DNA of 64,000 bases from Patescibacteria group bacterium (GTDB lineage: Bacteria > Patescibacteriota > CPR2 > UBA1875 > CAIMLA01), in contig JBGSPL010000004.1 of NCBI GenBank assembly GCA_041738615.1, positions 65,203 to 129,202 of the forward strand. Reading direction: 5' to 3'. Shown piece by piece: positions 19,885 through 28,425 of this stretch. The notes beneath the pieces are model-generated. The model saw only the letters and a program-made list of their open reading frames with translations, had not been told where the DNA came from and did not search any database. The position numbers were made by a program, and so were the translations under genes. How positions within the stretch are numbered: the first letter of the stretch is position 1; every line of letters begins with the position of its first letter.

Positions 19885-20721
19885 TTATGCTAGAGAGACG
19901 ATATTCATGAAGAGGAGTAGGAATGCGAAGCAGTTTATGAGTAGGGCAGAGCGGAACTCAAACATATGTTTCTTGCTGGTATGCAGTCCACAACGACGAA
20001 GCTCAATGCCGTCAAAGACGATTAGCATAAAGAGCATTCCCCAGAGGATAAAGTAAGCAAGCTTGCTGTCGCTGACAGGACTTAGTAGATTCAGCGCAGG
20101 TTCGCTCTTGGCCCCCATAACGAGGGTCGTAAAGTTGCTGGTCTGGGTAGGCGCGGTCTTCGGCCGGCCAAACATTTGAACCATCACATTATTATCTTTT
20201 CCATCCAGCGTAATCGAACCAACGGCGACCCCAATCTCGGTAAAATTGCTGTTTAGAAGATTCTCTCGGTGTTTTGGTGACTCGGTCCAGGCCTTTACCA
20301 CTCCCTCGGCCGTACTGAAGCCCTTCCCGAGGTTTTCCCCGGCATATGCGTAATTGTAGCCGACACCCTCAATAAATGACCAGGGCTGGGCTCCAGAGGG
20401 GGAAGTATGATCCCAATAGCTATTCTTTTGCATGTCTGCGATTTTGTCGTTGGCGGCCTGGTCGAGCTGTGAGCTCTCCGCTAGTACTCCGAGTGAGTTA
20501 CTAGCTCGAAAAGTATTGGTTCTCTCGATGACTTCCTTGCTATCCGGCATCTGGGCCGCAAGGCTATGAGAAGGGTTAATGTAAAAGCCGCCAGTAAAGA
20601 GCTGGGCCGCTGCTAGTAATGCCGAAAGGAAGGCCGCCAGCTTGTGGTTGGTCTTCTTTGTTTTGGTCTTACAAGCCCTTTTGGGTTGTAAAGATCTAGT
20701 TGTAGTCTTTTTCCCTGCCAT
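19885..20721 (-). CDS. CAP (SCP) domain membrane protein
   Basis: YWDHTSP, YAGENL, W.ESPKHRENLL and EIGVAV; flanking TM helices. Confidence 0.88.
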   Translation of the reverse strand: MAGKKTTTRSLQPKRACKTKTKKTNHKLAAFLSALLAAAQLFTGGFYINPSHSLAAQMPDSKEVIERTNTFRASNSLGVLAESSQLDQAANDKIADMQKNSYWDHTSPSGAQPWSFIEGVGYNYAYAGENLGKGFSTAEGVVKAWTESPKHRENLLNSNFTEIGVAVGSITLDGKDNNVMVQMFGRPKTAPTQTSNFTTLVMGAKSEPALNLLSPVSDSKLAYFILWGMLFMLIVFDGIELRRCGLHTSKKHMFEFRSALLINCFAFLLLFMNIVSLA

Positions 20722-20792
20722 CTTGAGCTTATTATAACAAAGTCGGATAAAAAAAGAGAGACCCACATGGGTCTCTCAAGAGAGAAGGCAAA

Positions 20793-22889
20793 TTACTTCC
20801 TAACGGTTCTCTTCCCTAGTACGAGCCACCAGTAGCCGAAGGCTGCGACTGCAGCTATAGCTAGTAATGCCCATAACCATCTTGCAATTCCCATGACGGT
20901 TGTGTTCCACCAGGTTGGAGAGTCGGTATCACCTTTTACTTCGGTAACGTCTTCGCTGTTACCAGCGACAGTGGTACCGCTAGGAGTTGAAGCTGTGGTG
21001 TTGTCTGTGCTCACTCCTGCCACTTCTCCGGTACTAACTGACGAACTAGTGGTGTCCGTTATTTGTGCCACTGTTGTGTTTCCCGAGCTCGCAGCTGGGG
21101 TAATAGGCGTTGGTATTGGAGCGGTGTTTGCAACCCATTGAGCTACGAATGTAGCATTATTAGAGGCCATTGTGGAAGGTATCGCAGGACTCCAGCCATC
21201 GAATGTGTAACCAGTCTTGGTTGGATCTGCAGGTACTGCAATGGCTGCGCCAAAGTCAGTTGGTACTACTGTGAGTACACCATCTACATTGAAGGTTGCG
21301 TCATATGAGTTTACCGTCCACTGTGCCACAAAAGTGACATCATTTGCAGGCATTGTCTCTGGTACTAGTGGCAACCAGCCATCGAATGTGTAACCAGTCT
21401 TAGTTGGATCTGCAGGTACTGCAATGGCTGCGCCAAAGTCAGTTGGTACTACTGTGAGTACACCATCTACATTGAAGGTTGCGTCATACATCACCACAGG
21501 ATTGTTAACAGTAAAAGAGGCAGAGGTATCTGAGAACTGTGTCATAGCACCATTTACTGCTCCTAGAAATATGCCGTGAGTTTCAGCTACTGTAGGGCTG
21601 GCGTTGTCAAAAGCTATTTGGAAATGGAAACTGACGGTTTGGCCGACAGCAAGCGTAGGTGTATTTACCGGCAAGCTAAATATCTCAAGTCTGCAATTAC
21701 CCATCCAGTCACACGTTTCATTTGGAACGGTGATGGGTGTAACAGTTGGACCATCAACGTAGTTGAAGGTTTTGATGCCGGATTTTCGGATGTTTGATAT
21801 TGACATCCACCAGTAGCCAATACTGTAAGGAGAGGCGGTGTCGTTGGTGATAGTATAGGTGAAGTCAGCTGGGACAGTAGCGCCACTAAGCACAGTAGCA
21901 GGGGAGCCAGAAACAGTGATAGTGGGTGTGGTGGTAGGTGTGTTTGAAGCAAAATATGCAGTCACAGAAATGTCGGCAGAAACAAAGAGGTCTGTCCTCG
22001 CAGCGGTAAGAACTCCGTCGCTCCAACTAGTAAAGTGGTAGCCTGTATTCGGCACTGCCGTCACGGTGGTACCATCGGCGAGAGCACTAACCGATTGAGC
22101 CGTATTACCCGAAATCAAACCGTTAGCTCCTGCAGTGTAGGTAAGTGTGTAGGACGCGGCAAGAACAGGGTTGACCGTGTAGGTGCCTGTAGTGTAACCC
22201 TGATTAATCATGTTGTCGGCAATAATATCCATCGTGTACATGCCGGCAGATAGATAATCGATTGCAGATCCATTCCAGGTACCATCGCCATTATTTGTAG
22301 GATAGATTACGGAATAGACGGAATAATCATCATTATGAATTATTACCGTGACGTAAGCCGACGGATCATCTATGGATCCTGAAACTATGGGGAGTGAAAG
22401 AGTATCTGTGGTTACTGGGTTCACAGTAACTATTGGTGTAGAAGTGCTAAGGTCTCTAATTATGGACGATGTTGTATACGTAGTAATTCCGCTGCTATTC
22501 GCTACACCCATTTCTACCTCGATATTAGGAGCGGCCAGGGTTGATGTATCGGGGTATGCGAAACAAGAGCCGCTACCAAAAATCGGATTGCCCGGATTGT
22601 CGGTATCAGCGGAATACGTACCCGAAAGCCACCCTGTCCAAGCATCTGCACTTGATTTGTATCGATATGTGCAAGAGACCAGCTCATAAAATGAATCCGT
22701 CGCGTGTATGCGGAATTCAGGAGTGAAATTTGTTGCTGTACCACTATCAGGGTTAACTGATAATTGCTCATCAATGATTGGCCCTACCGCTGCAAAAACT
22801 GGTGTTGCCCCCATGAAAAGCATCGGCACTGTGAGTGCGACGATAGCCATCCCCGAGATTACTTTTCTGAATTTTTCTAGAATCTTCAT
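20793..22889 (-). CDS. Cell-surface protein with Ig-like and Listeria-Bacteroides (InlB B)-type repeats, C-terminal TM anchor
   Basis: Signal peptide, PTKTGYTFDGW repeats, S/T-rich linker, TM plus basic tail; AAGGAG SD before ATG 22889. Confidence 0.85.
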   Translation of the reverse strand: MKILEKFRKVISGMAIVALTVPMLFMGATPVFAAVGPIIDEQLSVNPDSGTATNFTPEFRIHATDSFYELVSCTYRYKSSADAWTGWLSGTYSADTDNPGNPIFGSGSCFAYPDTSTLAAPNIEVEMGVANSSGITTYTTSSIIRDLSTSTPIVTVNPVTTDTLSLPIVSGSIDDPSAYVTVIIHNDDYSVYSVIYPTNNGDGTWNGSAIDYLSAGMYTMDIIADNMINQGYTTGTYTVNPVLAASYTLTYTAGANGLISGNTAQSVSALADGTTVTAVPNTGYHFTSWSDGVLTAARTDLFVSADISVTAYFASNTPTTTPTITVSGSPATVLSGATVPADFTYTITNDTASPYSIGYWWMSISNIRKSGIKTFNYVDGPTVTPITVPNETCDWMGNCRLEIFSLPVNTPTLAVGQTVSFHFQIAFDNASPTVAETHGIFLGAVNGAMTQFSDTSASFTVNNPVVMYDATFNVDGVLTVVPTDFGAAIAVPADPTKTGYTFDGWLPLVPETMPANDVTFVAQWTVNSYDATFNVDGVLTVVPTDFGAAIAVPADPTKTGYTFDGWSPAIPSTMASNNATFVAQWVANTAPIPTPITPAASSGNTTVAQITDTTSSSVSTGEVAGVSTDNTTASTPSGTTVAGNSEDVTEVKGDTDSPTWWNTTVMGIARWLWALLAIAAVAAFGYWWLVLGKRTVRK
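21192..21488. repeat. Intragenic direct repeat, 114 bp x2, period 183 bp
   Basis: 21192-21305 vs 21375-21488 differ at one position. Confidence 0.9.
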
Positions 22890-23163
22890 ATCGATTCTCC
22901 TTTCCACCCCTCAACTCTTAGAATTTAGTATCTTTAAACAAATTAGGCACAAACCAATAGAAAGAAGTGTAAACTTCCTCCCATAAGCTCATGCCCATAG
23001 AAGTACCTAATTGTATTTTTTGTTTTTTAGGGCTAGTTTGGCCCCTAAGATGATGAGTGCCCTTAGTCGCTACCAAAGACATTCTTATTATACACCTAGA
23101 GGTCAATGGGGTAATAGTCATGGAATAAAAAAACCGGCCCTAGGGCCGGTTTATATGTCTATA

Positions 23164-23346
23164 TTATTTAGCGACTTTGCTTGCTGTCTTGATGCATTTG
23201 GTACAAGCTTTTACGCGTTTAGTTTCGCCTGCTGGAGTAAACCATTGCAAATTTGGTAGCCATCGACGCTTGGTCTTGGCATGTGAGTGACTGACATTAT
23301 TACCTGCCATTGGCTTTTTTCCGCAAACTCTACATTCTACGCTCAT
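23164..23346 (-). CDS. rpmB: 50S ribosomal protein L28 (Zn-ribbon form)
   Basis: CRVCGK...[18 protein letters not shown]...CTKC. Confidence 0.96.
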   Translation of the reverse strand: MSVECRVCGKKPMAGNNVSHSHAKTKRRWLPNLQWFTPAGETKRVKACTKCIKTASKVAK

Positions 23347-23422
23347 TACTGGGCTCCTCGTTTGAATTACAACGTGGTAAATGTTATCATAATCTCACTT
23401 TAAGGTCAAGGATAAATACGCT

Positions 23423-24055
23423 ATGTTACTACTCAAATTCATCCAATTTCCAGAGCTTATTCTATATATTCCGGTTTCACTGATTATCGGTATTACAGTT
23501 CATGAATTTATGCATGCTTGGACTGCGAATTTTCTTGGCGATCCAACTCCCAAGAAGTTCGGCCGTCTGTCCTTAAATCCTTTGGCTCACCTAGAGCCCA
23601 TCGGTACCCTGGCACTTCTGTTTCTCGGATTTGGATGGGGCAAGCCCGTACCTGTAAACCCAAACAACTTCAAGAATCCACGTCTTGGCTCGGCACTTAC
23701 TTCGATAGCAGGGCCGCTGACTAATCTGCTCGTTGCCGATGTACTGGCAATTGCATACCGTTTTAGCGGGCTTACTACCTCTACTTTGGGTGGCAGGGTA
23801 ATCTTGGCAATCATCTTTTACAATCTACTACTAATGGTGTTCAATCTGATCCCGATACCTCCGCTAGATGGTGCAGGGTTTGTGGCACTTTTCTTCCCCA
23901 GTTTCGATAGCGACAAGTTCCACCAGATTGGGCCTATAATTCTGATAATCATCCTGCTTTTTACGGGATTTACCTTCATATTGCCGATACTTTTCTATAT
24001 TCTCAAACTTATCGGTATAAACCCCACGAGTATCTACTTCCTATTCTCCGGTTAG
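23423..24055 (+). CDS. Site-2 protease family (M50)
   Basis: HEFMH, AGP and FNLIPIPPLDG. Confidence 0.92.
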   Translation: MLLLKFIQFPELILYIPVSLIIGITVHEFMHAWTANFLGDPTPKKFGRLSLNPLAHLEPIGTLALLFLGFGWGKPVPVNPNNFKNPRLGSALTSIAGPLTNLLVADVLAIAYRFSGLTTSTLGGRVILAIIFYNLLLMVFNLIPIPPLDGAGFVALFFPSFDSDKFHQIGPIILIIILLFTGFTFILPILFYILKLIGINPTSIYFLFSG

Positions 24056-24070
24056 CGATTATTCGTTGTG

Positions 24071-24172
24071 GGGGTCCCGAAATCCGTAGGATTTAAGGGG
24101 AAGAGGAGCAGCCACGAAGTGGTGAAGTAATCGGCATTGGCGAATTATTGAACATGTAGTGTACTGCGACGA
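24071..24172 (+). repeat. tRNA-leader structured element, copy D
   Basis: GGGGTCCC-hairpin-GGAAGAGGA-[GCAG...CTGC]-GACG, ending at the tRNA-Pro 5' end. Confidence 0.7.
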
Positions 24173-24248
24173 CGGGGTGTAGCGCAGCTGGTAGCGCGTA
24201 CGGCTGGGGGCCGTGAGGTCGCAGGTTCAAGTCCTGTCACCCCGACCA
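24173..24248 (+). tRNA. tRNA-Pro (GGG)
   Basis: CGGGGTGTAGCGCAG...CTGGGGG...CCCCGACCA. Confidence 0.96.
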
Positions 24249-24312
24249 CGTCATAACAATATTCCAATAATCGCAGACCATCAAGGTGGCTGCTTTTATT
24301 TACATATTATTA

Positions 24313-24350
24313 TTCCTTTCCGATCAAAACAGTCGTTTCGATCGGGTACC
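24313..24350 (-). repeat. Inverted half-copy E of the tRNA-flanking element
   Basis: Minus strand GGTACC-[CGATCGAAAC..GTTTTGATCG]-GAAAGGAA. Confidence 0.45.
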
Positions 24351-24396
24351 GAGGAGACGGTGCAGGCGAGGGGGTTTTTCTGCTATACTATTTACT

Positions 24397-25284
24397 ATGA
24401 GATGCGACGAAGAAGTAATCAGAAGACTCCTTGTCAGGAAAAAGAGCCGCAAGGATGACTATAAGATAGGACTAATAGTACAGGGAGGAGGGATGCGAGG
24501 CGCCTTTTCTAGCGGTGCTATGATGGGTCTCGACGATCTTGGGCTTACAAACGCTTTCGATTACGTTTATGGAGCGTCGTCAGGTAGTTGCGCCGGAGCT
24601 TATCTTTTGTCCGGGCAGATTCAGAAATCCGGGCCTATATATTGGGAATATCTCCATAGCTTTCGCTTTATTAAGCCTTGGCAGTGGGGGAGAATTTTGG
24701 ACCTCGATTACCTTTGTGACGATTTGTTCCGTAACGAACACAAGCTAGACGTCAAAAAACTACGAAAAAACCCGGCTGTTCTAAAGGTATTCCTTACAGA
24801 TAGTAAGACCGGACGTAGCGAATTTGTTACCAATCGTGACGACGACGATATGGTCACGGCGATCAAGGCTTCTTGCTCGTTACCTGCCTACTATAAGGAG
24901 CCGATAGAGCTACGGGGAAGATCTTACTATGATGGTAATGTCGGTAAGGCACTCGCCTTTGAGGAGGCACTTCGCGATGGGTGTACCGATTTGCTGGTAA
25001 TAACTACAGTAGCTGAGCACGCAAAAGACTCACTATTTTTGAGCCGTTTTCTGACATTCGGTTTCAGTAGTAAAGTTCGCGAGATGGTAAAGCCAAAGTT
25101 ACTAAATTACCAGGCGAATCTCGACATGGTATTTGGACGCAAGAAGTTCAAGGGGGTAAATATATATACAATTGCCCCATCCTCTACACTATTTAGGGCC
25201 GAAATCCGCCAGAAGGTTCTGGAAAAAACAGGGAAGCAAGGGCATGACGCAGTAATTAAGGCATTCGAGAAAGGAAGTAAATGA
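24397..25284 (+). CDS. Patatin-like phospholipase
   Basis: GGGMRG, GASSG, ASCSLP and YDG; ATG 24397 after a TATACT -10. Confidence 0.88.
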   Translation: MRCDEEVIRRLLVRKKSRKDDYKIGLIVQGGGMRGAFSSGAMMGLDDLGLTNAFDYVYGASSGSCAGAYLLSGQIQKSGPIYWEYLHSFRFIKPWQWGRILDLDYLCDDLFRNEHKLDVKKLRKNPAVLKVFLTDSKTGRSEFVTNRDDDDMVTAIKASCSLPAYYKEPIELRGRSYYDGNVGKALAFEEALRDGCTDLLVITTVAEHAKDSLFLSRFLTFGFSSKVREMVKPKLLNYQANLDMVFGRKKFKGVNIYTIAPSSTLFRAEIRQKVLEKTGKQGHDAVIKAFEKGSK

Positions 25285-25685
25285 ACAAACTAATAATCAA
25301 TACAGACGGAGGGTCTCGCGGCAATCCCGGGCCAGCTGGTATCGGGGTGGTGTTTAGCGACGAAGAGGGGGAAGTAATTGCTTCTTTCAAGGAGTGTATC
25401 GGGGAGGAAACAAATAACACCGCAGAGTATCGTGCGCTTATCTTGGCACTTACGAAAGCGAAGGACTTTGAATTCACCGAGGCAGAGTGTCGGCTCGATA
25501 GTGAGCTGGTCGTCAAGCAACTGCTCGGACAATACAAAGTAAAAGATGCCAAGATGAAGGTGCTGTATGCACAAGTTCAAGAACTGATGTTCTTCCGCCC
25601 AGTGAAGTTTGTCCATGTGCGCCGTGAGTTCAATAAATTAGCGGATACCCTGGTAAATGAGGCGCTAGACGAAGCCGGATTTTAG
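25281..25685 (+). CDS. Ribonuclease HI family protein
   Basis: TDGGSRGNPGPAG, TNNTAEY, DSELVVKQ, HVRRE.N..AD. Confidence 0.92.
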   Translation: MNKLIINTDGGSRGNPGPAGIGVVFSDEEGEVIASFKECIGEETNNTAEYRALILALTKAKDFEFTEAECRLDSELVVKQLLGQYKVKDAKMKVLYAQVQELMFFRPVKFVHVRREFNKLADTLVNEALDEAGF

Positions 25686-25687
25686 TC

Positions 25688-25716
25688 TTGTCATATATTG
25701 ACAAGTGTGTTATAAT
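25688..25716 (+). promoter_or_regulatory. Sigma70 promoter of rnpB
   Basis: TTGTCA-17-TATAAT, 6 nt before the RNA start. Confidence 0.7.
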
Positions 25717-25722
25717 ATATAA

Positions 25723-26115
25723 GTTCAGCTAGCTAGACAATCGCCCCTTCGGGGGAGGAAAGTCCGGGCACTACATGATTGGAATAGTTGCTAACGGCAA
25801 CCGGTCGTGAGGCTAGGGAAAGTGCCACAGAGACAAAACTGCCGATGACCCGTAAGGGCACAGGTGATGGTGAAAAGAGTGAGGTAAGAGCTCACAGTGA
25901 GTAGTGGTGACACTATTCAGAGGTAAACCCTATTTGGTGCAAGACAGGTGGGCTAGGGTAAGGTCGATATGATCGCCTTGGGTAAAATCCAAGGCAGTCT
26001 CTAATTCGAAAAAGTTGTAATCAGAACCCCTTACCTGCGGTCCTGTCGCGTAGATAGATGATTGTCAGATCCTAGTAATAGGACGAACAAAACCCGGCTT
26101 ACCGGCTAACTGAAC
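25723..26115 (+). ncRNA. rnpB: RNase P RNA (bacterial, type A-like)
   Basis: GAGGAAAGTCC, GAAAGTGCCACAGA, GGTAAACCC and ACAAAACCCGGCTTA conserved regions; terminal P1 gttcag/ctgaac. Confidence 0.95.
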
Positions 26116-26145
26116 ATTAAAAAATCCGACTTCTTGTCGGATTTT

Positions 26146-26430
26146 TTAGTACTTGATATTCCAGTGAGAGAGGAGCGAGTCAAAGAGGTTCGTCTTATAG
26201 AATACGAGTCCCAACGCGCAAACTACCAGCACGAAGACACCAATGATAACCAGGGTGCTACGGAGGTCCTTGCCGATAAACTTGTCTTGTGGGCTGAGAG
26301 AAGTCTTTTTGCTGTGATTCTCGGCAACTGCCTCCACGCTTTTGCGAATAGCGGGATTCTTTGTGAGATGCTCCAGATGGTGTCTGGTAACCTCTTTCTC
26401 AATCCTAGTTTTTATCTTTTTCTTGCTCAT
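26146..26430 (-). CDS. Hypothetical protein with C-terminal TM
   Basis: Basic N-terminus plus a single TM; shares a bidirectional terminator with rnpB. Confidence 0.65.
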   Translation of the reverse strand: MSKKKIKTRIEKEVTRHHLEHLTKNPAIRKSVEAVAENHSKKTSLSPQDKFIGKDLRSTLVIIGVFVLVVCALGLVFYKTNLFDSLLSHWNIKY

Positions 26431-26518
26431 AATACCTTATGATTATAGAGCAGATAGGGCGTGTTGTCATCAAAAACTTGAAAATTCGCCCAGAATAGTC
26501 GATAATTGGGGCACGAAG

Positions 26519-26983
26519 ATGGTGGATATGACTACGATAGCTTTAATACTCATCGCAGTTCTGCTTTTGTGGAACGGCATTTTGACGTACATTTTTATCC
26601 GCACACGGAAACAGAATGAGCTGTTCTTTGACGATGGCAGCAAGAATCTACGAGATCTAGTGACGAGAGCAATCACCGAAAATAAGGCGATACATCAGCG
26701 TGCTGCGAAGATAGAGGGTAGTATCGATCAGATCTCGGCTATCATCAAGAATAGCTATCAAAAGTTTGCGATGGTAAGATATAATCCTTTCTCTGACACT
26801 GGTGGAGACCAGAGCTTTAGCCTGGCACTTCTAGACCTGAACAACAACGGATTTGTGATTACTAGCATTCACGGGCGTGAAGTGAATAGGATATATGCCA
26901 AACAGGTTGTGGGTGGCAAATCGAGTCATAATTTAAGCGCCGAAGAGGAAGAGGCGATAAGGAGAGCGGTAAATGAAAAATAA
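26519..26983 (+). CDS. DUF4446 family protein
   Basis: VRYNPF.DTGGDQSFSLALLD...GFVITS.HGR...YAK...LS.EE. Confidence 0.88.
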   Translation: MVDMTTIALILIAVLLLWNGILTYIFIRTRKQNELFFDDGSKNLRDLVTRAITENKAIHQRAAKIEGSIDQISAIIKNSYQKFAMVRYNPFSDTGGDQSFSLALLDLNNNGFVITSIHGREVNRIYAKQVVGGKSSHNLSAEEEEAIRRAVNEK

Positions 26984-27416
26984 AGGAGATGGCATGTTCG
27001 AGAAACGCGAAGAAACCCACGTAAGTGGCGCTGCCGAAACGATTGTCGGGACATCGGTAAAACTAAAGGGAAATCTACGTAGCGAAGGCGACATTACCGT
27101 CGATGGTAGTGTAAATGGCGAGATCAAGACCAAGGGAACTGTAAACATTGGACCCAATGCTCACATTATTGCAAACGTGCAGGCAAAGAACGTTGTTATC
27201 GCAGGGACTGTCCAGGGCAATGTAGTCGCGAACGAGCGGCTAAATATCACTGAGTCGGGGAGAGTTTATGGTGACATTTCGGCCAATATTCTAGCAATTT
27301 CAGCCGGAGCTATCTTTACGGGCAAATCTACAATGGCAGAAGCTATTATGCAGCCAGAGATTGAGCTCACCTTAGAGACCGAAGAAGTCGTTCTCGAAGA
27401 AAAAGCAGCAAAATAG
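26973..27416 (+). CDS. Bactofilin (polymer-forming cytoskeletal protein)
   Basis: Beta-helix repeats (TIVG..KGNL...VDG.VNGEI). Confidence 0.9.
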   Translation: MKNKGDGMFEKREETHVSGAAETIVGTSVKLKGNLRSEGDITVDGSVNGEIKTKGTVNIGPNAHIIANVQAKNVVIAGTVQGNVVANERLNITESGRVYGDISANILAISAGAIFTGKSTMAEAIMQPEIELTLETEEVVLEEKAAK

Positions 27417-27490
27417 TATTCGGATCTCAAATAGGGCGGTTATTGCTGCTATTTTGTACTGAAAAATAATCAAAGAATCGAAGATTTAAT

Positions 27491-28363
27491 ATGTACTATT
27501 ACATCATCAACCCGGCTTCGGGTGGTGGAAAAATTAATAAGGTTCAGGACAAGCTGAAAGATCGGCTCAAGGAGCTCGGGATTGCTGGCGAGTTTGTCAA
27601 AAGTACTGGCCCTGGGGACATCCCTAGGCTGACTCGCATGGCGATCGAGAAAGGCTACAAGACAATCGTGGCTGTTGGTGGTGATGGGACGATAAACGAG
27701 ATTATTAACTCCATCGGGACCACTGGCGTTGCTCTCGGAATCATTCCGCTTGGAGCGACCAATGAGCTCGCTGGCATGCTCGGGATTCCAGATTGGCAGA
27801 CGGCGTGCAACATTCTGGCGGCACGTAAAATCGAGGAAGTTGACCTCGGGATTATAAACGATAATGTTTTTGTTACCTCTGCGGCTATCGGCTTTGACAA
27901 CATCGTCTTCGACCTCAAGCGGAATATGACTACGGGTGCACTTGGTAGATTCAGCTTTCTTACGAAGCTTTCGGCTGCGATCAAGGGGTTCAAACCAGTA
28001 CGTTTAACGCTAGATTTTGATAAGAAATACACCGTCGACACCGATTGTTTCAACTTTTCGCTTTCGAACAGCGCTTTCTATCACTTTTTACCACAGGTTG
28101 TAAGGCCTCAGGATAACATGCTAGATGCCATTCTCGTGGGTCAGCTTGGCTTCTCGGATGCACTCAAGTATGGCCAGGATAACCTAGATCTTTCCAAACG
28201 TCCCGGGCAAGTCTCGATTTTTCATACTCGTAAAATCACTATTACCTCACCAAAGCCAGTACCGGTGAGTGCGGACGGTAAGATCGTGGCTCATACGCCG
28301 GTAACAATCCGGGTCTCCGACAAAAAACTGAAGGTAATTGTCTCTAGGAAGCGCCAGTTCTAG
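27491..28363 (+). CDS. Diacylglycerol kinase family lipid kinase (YegS/DgkB)
   Basis: INPASG, VGGDGTINE, IPLGATN and ADG. Confidence 0.88.
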   Translation: MYYYIINPASGGGKINKVQDKLKDRLKELGIAGEFVKSTGPGDIPRLTRMAIEKGYKTIVAVGGDGTINEIINSIGTTGVALGIIPLGATNELAGMLGIPDWQTACNILAARKIEEVDLGIINDNVFVTSAAIGFDNIVFDLKRNMTTGALGRFSFLTKLSAAIKGFKPVRLTLDFDKKYTVDTDCFNFSLSNSAFYHFLPQVVRPQDNMLDAILVGQLGFSDALKYGQDNLDLSKRPGQVSIFHTRKITITSPKPVPVSADGKIVAHTPVTIRVSDKKLKVIVSRKRQF

Positions 28364-28370
28364 CCTATCG

Positions 28371-28399
28371 TTGACATTTGCACTTATTTTTGATAGAAT
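28371..28399 (+). promoter_or_regulatory. Promoter of the infC operon
   Basis: TTGACA-17-TAGAAT. Confidence 0.75.
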
Positions 28400-28425
28400 T
28401 AACCACAGTTTTTTGGGAGAAAAAG

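Noticed and set aside
21192-21488. CRISPR array or DGR template/variable repeat
   Set aside because: In-frame protein domain duplication with a single mismatch; no spacers, cas genes or reverse transcriptase.
22941-23012. c-di-GMP-I riboswitch suggested by plus-strand GGCACAAACC...GAAA
   Set aside because: Wrong strand for the gene and lacks the GCAAAG and P2 consensus.
28378-28425. Extended N-termini from the ORF track (also at 9582, 24286, 26342, 47557 and 63860)
   Set aside because: They run through promoters or tRNAs; downstream starts fit the SD, promoter position or family length better.
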